From the NCBI GenBank assembly GCA_934476025.1, contig CAKSNI010000001.1:1-38506 (forward strand): a stretch of DNA of 38,506 nucleotides, read 5' to 3'. Source of the stretch: an uncultured Eubacteriales bacterium. Its GTDB lineage: Bacteria; Bacillota; Clostridia; Oscillospirales; Acutalibacteraceae. Of the stretch, positions 34,626-38,506 are shown piece after piece. The notes beneath the pieces are model-generated. The model was not told where the DNA came from. It searched no databases and saw nothing but the letters and a program-made list of their open reading frames with translations. A program made the translations under genes and the position numbers. Numbering within the stretch: position 1 is the first letter of the stretch; the number at the start of each line of letters is the position of its first letter.

Positions 34626-34670
34626 AAAAACCGGCTTTTTCGGCCGGAGTTTGATCCGGCTTTTTTATTT
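34626..34670. terminator. bidirectional terminator (two overlapping hairpins sharing GCCGG)
   Basis: Plus strand: GCCGGA-gtttga-TCCGGC-TTTTTTATTT. Minus strand: CCGGC-cgaaaaa-GCCGG-TTTTTGAT. Confidence 0.55.
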
Positions 34671-34697
34671 GCACAAACCCAAGCCTTCCTCTGATGA

Positions 34698-34855
34698 CGA
34701 AGGGAGAGAAAAGAAAAAGCCTTGCAGAAGTCTGCTGTTTTGCTGAAATATAGCCCCGTTGACTCAAAGCGGCAGGCTGCATTTTTGTAGTCTGTACGGT
34801 TCAAAATCTCTCCCTCTGTCCGCTGCGCTGACATCCCTTTCAGAGGGAGCCGGGG
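34698..34855. repeat. intergenic repeat, copy B (~158 nt)
   Basis: See copy A. In addition, the 5' module ACGAAGGGAGAGAAA recurs at 34881-34895. Confidence 0.8.
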
Positions 34856-34910
34856 CTGTGCTTACTTTTCGGCTTGCATAACGAAGGGAGAGAAAGGAGA
34901 GCGCCGGGTT

Positions 34911-34949
34911 TGAGCAACAAACAACCCCCGGCGCAGGTTGCGCGGGGGG
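34911..34949 (-). terminator. GC-rich hairpin with a T-rich tail directly after the carboxyltransferase gene
   Basis: The minus strand reads CCCCCCGCGC-AACCT-GCGCCGGGGG (one mismatch) followed by TTGTTTGTTG. Confidence 0.55.
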
Positions 34950-34958
34950 TGTAAGCAT

Positions 34959-36371
34959 TCAGGACCGATCTTCCACCATCAGGATCCGTGCGCCGTTTGC
35001 ATCGGTCGGCGCGGCCTTGGCTTTTTCGGTCGGGTGATATTTTTCCTTCAGGAATTTTTCGGCCACCTGGGGGAAGAGGGCGTAGCTGAGAACATCTTCG
35101 TCGCTCTTGGCCAGATCTCCGGCTTCCTTACGGTATTTTTCGATTTCCGGTTCCAGCAGGTCGGCCGGGCGGCAGGTAATCACCTTTGCGTCGCCGATGG
35201 CCTTTTTCCGGACTTCTTCATTTACCGGGGCCGGCAATTGCCCGTATTCGCCGCGGAGCAGTGCCTTGGATTCCTTGGGGATCATTTTATAGCGTTCCCC
35301 GGAAATCACATTCATTACCGCCTGGGTTCCGACAATCTGGCTGGTCGGGGTAACCAGCGGCGGGTAGCCAAAGTCTTTCCGTACCTTCGGCACTTCGGCC
35401 AGCACGTCGTAATACCGGTCCTCTTTTCCGGCCTGTTTCAGCTGAGAAAGCATATTGGAAAGCATTCCGCCCGGCACCTGATAAATCAGGGTTTTGGTAT
35501 CCACATTGAGCACCTTCGGGTCAAGGATGCCTTCGGCTTTCATTTTATCCGCCACTTTGCGGAAGTGGGCCGCCACTTCGGAAAGTTTGGACAGGTCCAA
35601 TCCGGTATCGCGTTCGGTTCCCTGCAGGGTCGCCACCAGGGCTTCGGTCGAGGGCTGTGAAGTTCCGTTGGCGAAGGGGGACAGCGCGGTATCCACAATA
35701 TCCACCCCGGCCTGAGCCGCCATGAGATAGGTCATATCTCCGGTTCCGGTGGTATTATGGGTATGCAGGTGAATCGGGCAGCTGACCGATTCTTTGAGCT
35801 TTTTCACCAGCGAATAGGCCTGATAGGGCAGCAGCAGGTTGGCCATATCCTTAATACAGATAACATCGGCGCCCATTTCTTCCAGCCGTTTGGCCATAGC
35901 CACGAAATATTCCTCATTATGAACCGGGCTGACGGTATAGCTCATGGCCGCTTCGCAGGTTCCGCCGTATTTTTTACAGGCCTTCATGGCGGTTTCCATA
36001 TTCCGGGTATCGTTCAGGGCATCGAAAATCCGGATGACATCGATTCCGTTTTCGATGGATTTTTTCACAAAAGCGTCTACCACATCATCGGCATAATGTT
36101 TATACCCGAGGATATTCTGCCCGCGCAGCAGCATCTGCAGCCGGGTATTCGGCATGGCCTTACGAATGGTACGCAGCCGTTCCCACGGATCTTCATTCAG
36201 ATACCGCATACAAACATCAAAGGTCGCGCCGCCCCAGCACTCCACCGACCAATAGCCGATTTTATCCAGTTTATCGAGTACCGGCAGCATATCGGAAAGC
36301 CGCATCCGGGTGGCGGCCTGAGATTGATGGGCGTCACGCAGGATGGTATCCGTAATCTGTAATTTCGTCAT
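34959..36371 (-). CDS. oadA: oxaloacetate decarboxylase alpha / pyruvate-carboxylase-5S-type carboxyltransferase subunit, lacking a biotinyl domain
   Basis: ITDTILRDAHQS...ECWGGATFD...HLHTHNTTG (HMGL-like TIM barrel), followed by the PYC/OADA association domain. It ends at 470 aa with no AMKM motif. Confidence 0.85.
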   Translation of the reverse strand: MTKLQITDTILRDAHQSQAATRMRLSDMLPVLDKLDKIGYWSVECWGGATFDVCMRYLNEDPWERLRTIRKAMPNTRLQMLLRGQNILGYKHYADDVVDAFVKKSIENGIDVIRIFDALNDTRNMETAMKACKKYGGTCEAAMSYTVSPVHNEEYFVAMAKRLEEMGADVICIKDMANLLLPYQAYSLVKKLKESVSCPIHLHTHNTTGTGDMTYLMAAQAGVDIVDTALSPFANGTSQPSTEALVATLQGTERDTGLDLSKLSEVAAHFRKVADKMKAEGILDPKVLNVDTKTLIYQVPGGMLSNMLSQLKQAGKEDRYYDVLAEVPKVRKDFGYPPLVTPTSQIVGTQAVMNVISGERYKMIPKESKALLRGEYGQLPAPVNEEVRKKAIGDAKVITCRPADLLEPEIEKYRKEAGDLAKSDEDVLSYALFPQVAEKFLKEKYHPTEKAKAAPTDANGARILMVEDRS

Positions 36372-36386
36372 TTGCTTATCCTCCCG

Positions 36387-38108
36387 TTAACCGAACAACG
36401 CCAGCAGCACTCCGGCGGCAATGGCCGAGCCGATAACGCCGGCTACATTCGGACCCATGGCGTGCATGAGCAGGAAGTTCTTCGGATTTTCTTTCTGACC
36501 GACCATCTGAGAAACCCGGGCCGCCATCGGAACGGCGGAAACCCCGGCAGAGCCGATCAACGGATTGATCTTATTCTTTCTGGTGAACAGGTTCATGATC
36601 TTGGCCAGAATCACGCCGGCTGCGGTGCCCAGCGCGAACGCGCACACACCCATGACCATGATTTTGATGGTTTTGAGCGACAGGAAGGTCGAAGCCGTTG
36701 CCGTTGCGCCCACCGTAGTCCCCAGGAAAATGGTAACAATGTTCATCAGTTCGTTCTGAGCGGTTTTGGAAAGACGATCCGCGACGCCGCATTCTTTAAA
36801 GAGGTTGCCGAGCATCAGGCAGCCGATCAGCGGAGCGGCCGACGGAACCAGCAGCGCCACAAACACCGTAACCAGAATCGGGAAAATGATTTTTTCCTTT
36901 TTGGAAACGGCACGCAGCGGTTTCATCACAATCGCGCGTTCTTTTTTGGTGGTGAGCAGTTTCATAATCGGCGGCTGAATCACCGGAACCAGGGCCATAT
37001 AGGAATAGGCGGCCACCGCAATCGGCCCGAGCAGTTCCGGAGCCAGGCGGGAGGTTACGAAAATGGCCGTCGGGCCGTCGGCCCCGCCGATAATTCCGAT
37101 GGAGGAAGCCTGTTGGGAGGTAAAGCCCATCAGGGTTGCCCCGATATAGGTTGCGAAAATACCGAACTGAGCCGCCGCCCCGAGCAGCAGGCTCTTCGGA
37201 TTGGCAATCAGCGGACCGAAGTCGGTCATCGCACCGACGCCCATGAAAATCAGGCAGGGATAAATTCCGAGTTTTACCCCAAGGTACAGATAGTCGAGCA
37301 GGCCGGCCGTCGAGCCGAACAGATCCCAATGAACATGACCACCCGCAAACAGCACCTCATGGAACATTCCGGCGCCGGGCAGGTTGGTCAGCAGCATTCC
37401 GAAGGCAATCGGAAGCAGCAGCAGCGGTTCAAACCCTTTGGCAATGGCCAAATACATCAGCACAAAGGAAATAATCAGCATAATCCGGCTGCCGTAATTG
37501 GCAACGAAGTTTTCAAAAGCGCTGTCGCTTTCCCCCTTCACTCCGTCGCCCAGTTTGCCGAACAGAGCCGTGAATCCGGTGTCTTTCAAAAAGTTTTTCA
37601 CCACATCCATCGGGGTATTGATTTCGGGATTCAGCACATCGGCCTGATCAAACCCGTACATCGTTTCATCGTTCGGGAAAAGCAGCCCGTCGGCCGAAGC
37701 CTTCCGATAGGTCACCGAAAGATCCAATGCCGGTGCCTCGCCGGCCGGGTAGGAAAGAGCCACCGTATCCGGCAGGTCCACCACAACCGTTACGCTGTTG
37801 GCGGCGGCTACCATGCCGATCTGCAGATCTTTCTCGGGCAGGCTCAGCCCTTCCCCCTTTTGAAGGTTCACCGCCACTTCGGTGGCATCGGTATCAAAGC
37901 TGGCATTTTTAAAGGTAAGACGCAGGATAATATTGGAATCGTTGCCGCTCTCGGTGGTCAAAGCCGTTTCCACCGAAAGGATGGCCGATTCATCCGTTTT
38001 GACCGCGGTTTCCGCCTGTGCCGGAGCAGCCAGGGCCGTCAGCGAACCGACGACGCACAGCACCGCAAGGATCCCAGCGAAAACAGCAATCCGTAATTTC
38101 TTTTTCAT
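36387..38108 (-). CDS. oadB: Na+-translocating decarboxylase beta subunit with a ~195-aa N-terminal signal-anchor + beta-rich extension
   Basis: From about aa 200 it is near-collinear with OadB/GcdB/MmdB ([65 protein letters not shown]). The N-terminal part, [32 protein letters not shown] plus about 165 aa, has no OadB counterpart. Confidence 0.9.
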   Translation of the reverse strand: MKKKLRIAVFAGILAVLCVVGSLTALAAPAQAETAVKTDESAILSVETALTTESGNDSNIILRLTFKNASFDTDATEVAVNLQKGEGLSLPEKDLQIGMVAAANSVTVVVDLPDTVALSYPAGEAPALDLSVTYRKASADGLLFPNDETMYGFDQADVLNPEINTPMDVVKNFLKDTGFTALFGKLGDGVKGESDSAFENFVANYGSRIMLIISFVLMYLAIAKGFEPLLLLPIAFGMLLTNLPGAGMFHEVLFAGGHVHWDLFGSTAGLLDYLYLGVKLGIYPCLIFMGVGAMTDFGPLIANPKSLLLGAAAQFGIFATYIGATLMGFTSQQASSIGIIGGADGPTAIFVTSRLAPELLGPIAVAAYSYMALVPVIQPPIMKLLTTKKERAIVMKPLRAVSKKEKIIFPILVTVFVALLVPSAAPLIGCLMLGNLFKECGVADRLSKTAQNELMNIVTIFLGTTVGATATASTFLSLKTIKIMVMGVCAFALGTAAGVILAKIMNLFTRKNKINPLIGSAGVSAVPMAARVSQMVGQKENPKNFLLMHAMGPNVAGVIGSAIAAGVLLALFG

Positions 38109-38134
38109 GTTCTTTCTCCTTGCCGGTTTCGCTC

Positions 38135-38506
38135 TTATTCAATCACGCAAAGAACCGCGCCGGTTTCTACCGCGGCGCCCTGCTGAACATTGACCGAAAC
38201 CACCTTGCCGTCAACCCCGGCAAAAATTTCGTTTTCCATTTTCATGGCTTCCAGAATCATGACAACCTGATCCGCTTTTACGGTATCGCCAACCTTGACA
38301 TTCACCGAAAGAATGTTGCCGGGCATCGGGCTGGTAACGGTTTCCCCACCGGCCGGAGCAGCGGCCGGAGCGGCAGCCGGAGCAGCCGGGGCGATCGGGG
38401 CAGCCGGGGCAGCGGCTTTTGCGGCCGGAGCAGCCGGAGCAGCCGGAGCGGAAACTTCCGCAGCGTCGATAACCTCCAGCGCGATTTCATAATCGGTTCC
38501 GTTGAC
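38135..38506 (-). CDS. biotin carboxyl carrier subunit (5' end outside the window)
   Basis: The frame is open to the window edge: [14 protein letters not shown], an Ala/Pro linker, then a biotinyl domain with EAMKME. The ORF-track Met at 38326 is internal. Confidence 0.85.
   Translation of the reverse strand, partial: VNGTDYEIALEVIDAAEVSAPAAPAAPAAKAAAPAAPIAPAAPAAAPAAAPAGGETVTSPMPGNILSVNVKVGDTVKADQVVMILEAMKMENEIFAGVDGKVVSVNVQQGAAVETGAVLCVIE

Noticed and set aside
38295-38492. Ala/Gly-rich 65-aa ORF and short GCAGCCGG-type nucleotide repeats
   Set aside because: This is the antisense of the Ala/Pro linker of the biotin carrier protein. It is a low-complexity coding repeat, not a CRISPR array or independent gene; there are no spacers of constant length.

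Overview
The window reads as chromosomal DNA from an anaerobic Firmicute, probably a Clostridia/Oscillospiraceae-like organism. That assignment is inferred from gene content; GC looks mid-50s % by eye and was not computed. Gene order, left to right: (1) a translationally coupled proB(partial)-proA-proC-PAP2 phosphatase-gpsA operon. (2) A leader region with two promoters, followed by a glutamine-synthetase-like gene with degenerate active-site residues, an ANTAR regulator with a pseudo-receiver, and pyrG. The pyrG gene is broken by a frameshifting deletion of about 19 nt. (3) A minus-strand nrdD-nrdG-dut-SGNH esterase operon with a perfect 16-bp NrdR-type palindrome. (4) Three secreted cohesin-like proteins: one membrane-anchored with tandem Cys3His repeats, and two small cohesin+dockerin proteins. 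(5) A ROK kinase, SIS::TIM-barrel fusion, class II aldolase and membrane protein operon. (6) A Sfp-type PPTase and uvrB. (7) A second surface-protein cluster. It holds a SASA-type esterase split by one in-frame TAG, a cohesin/7xCys-repeat/cohesin/dockerin protein, a truncated-looking membrane protein, and a 1009-aa B-repeat/CBM/Big_3/cohesin/dockerin protein, with an S1-domain gene in between. (8) A split Na+-translocating oxaloacetate decarboxylase operon: biotin carrier (partial), a beta subunit with a roughly 195-aa N-terminal extension, and the carboxyltransferase. I saw no rRNA, tRNA, CRISPR array, transposase, integrase or recognisable defence genes. The most unusual items are the pseudo-GS/pseudo-receiver ANTAR pair, the cohesin-dockerin proteins carrying ~39-aa Cys3His repeats, a ~160-nt intergenic repeat family that supplies the C-terminus of the PPTase, and the two disrupted genes (pyrG and the esterase). 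All homology calls come from motif recognition by eye, not from database searches.
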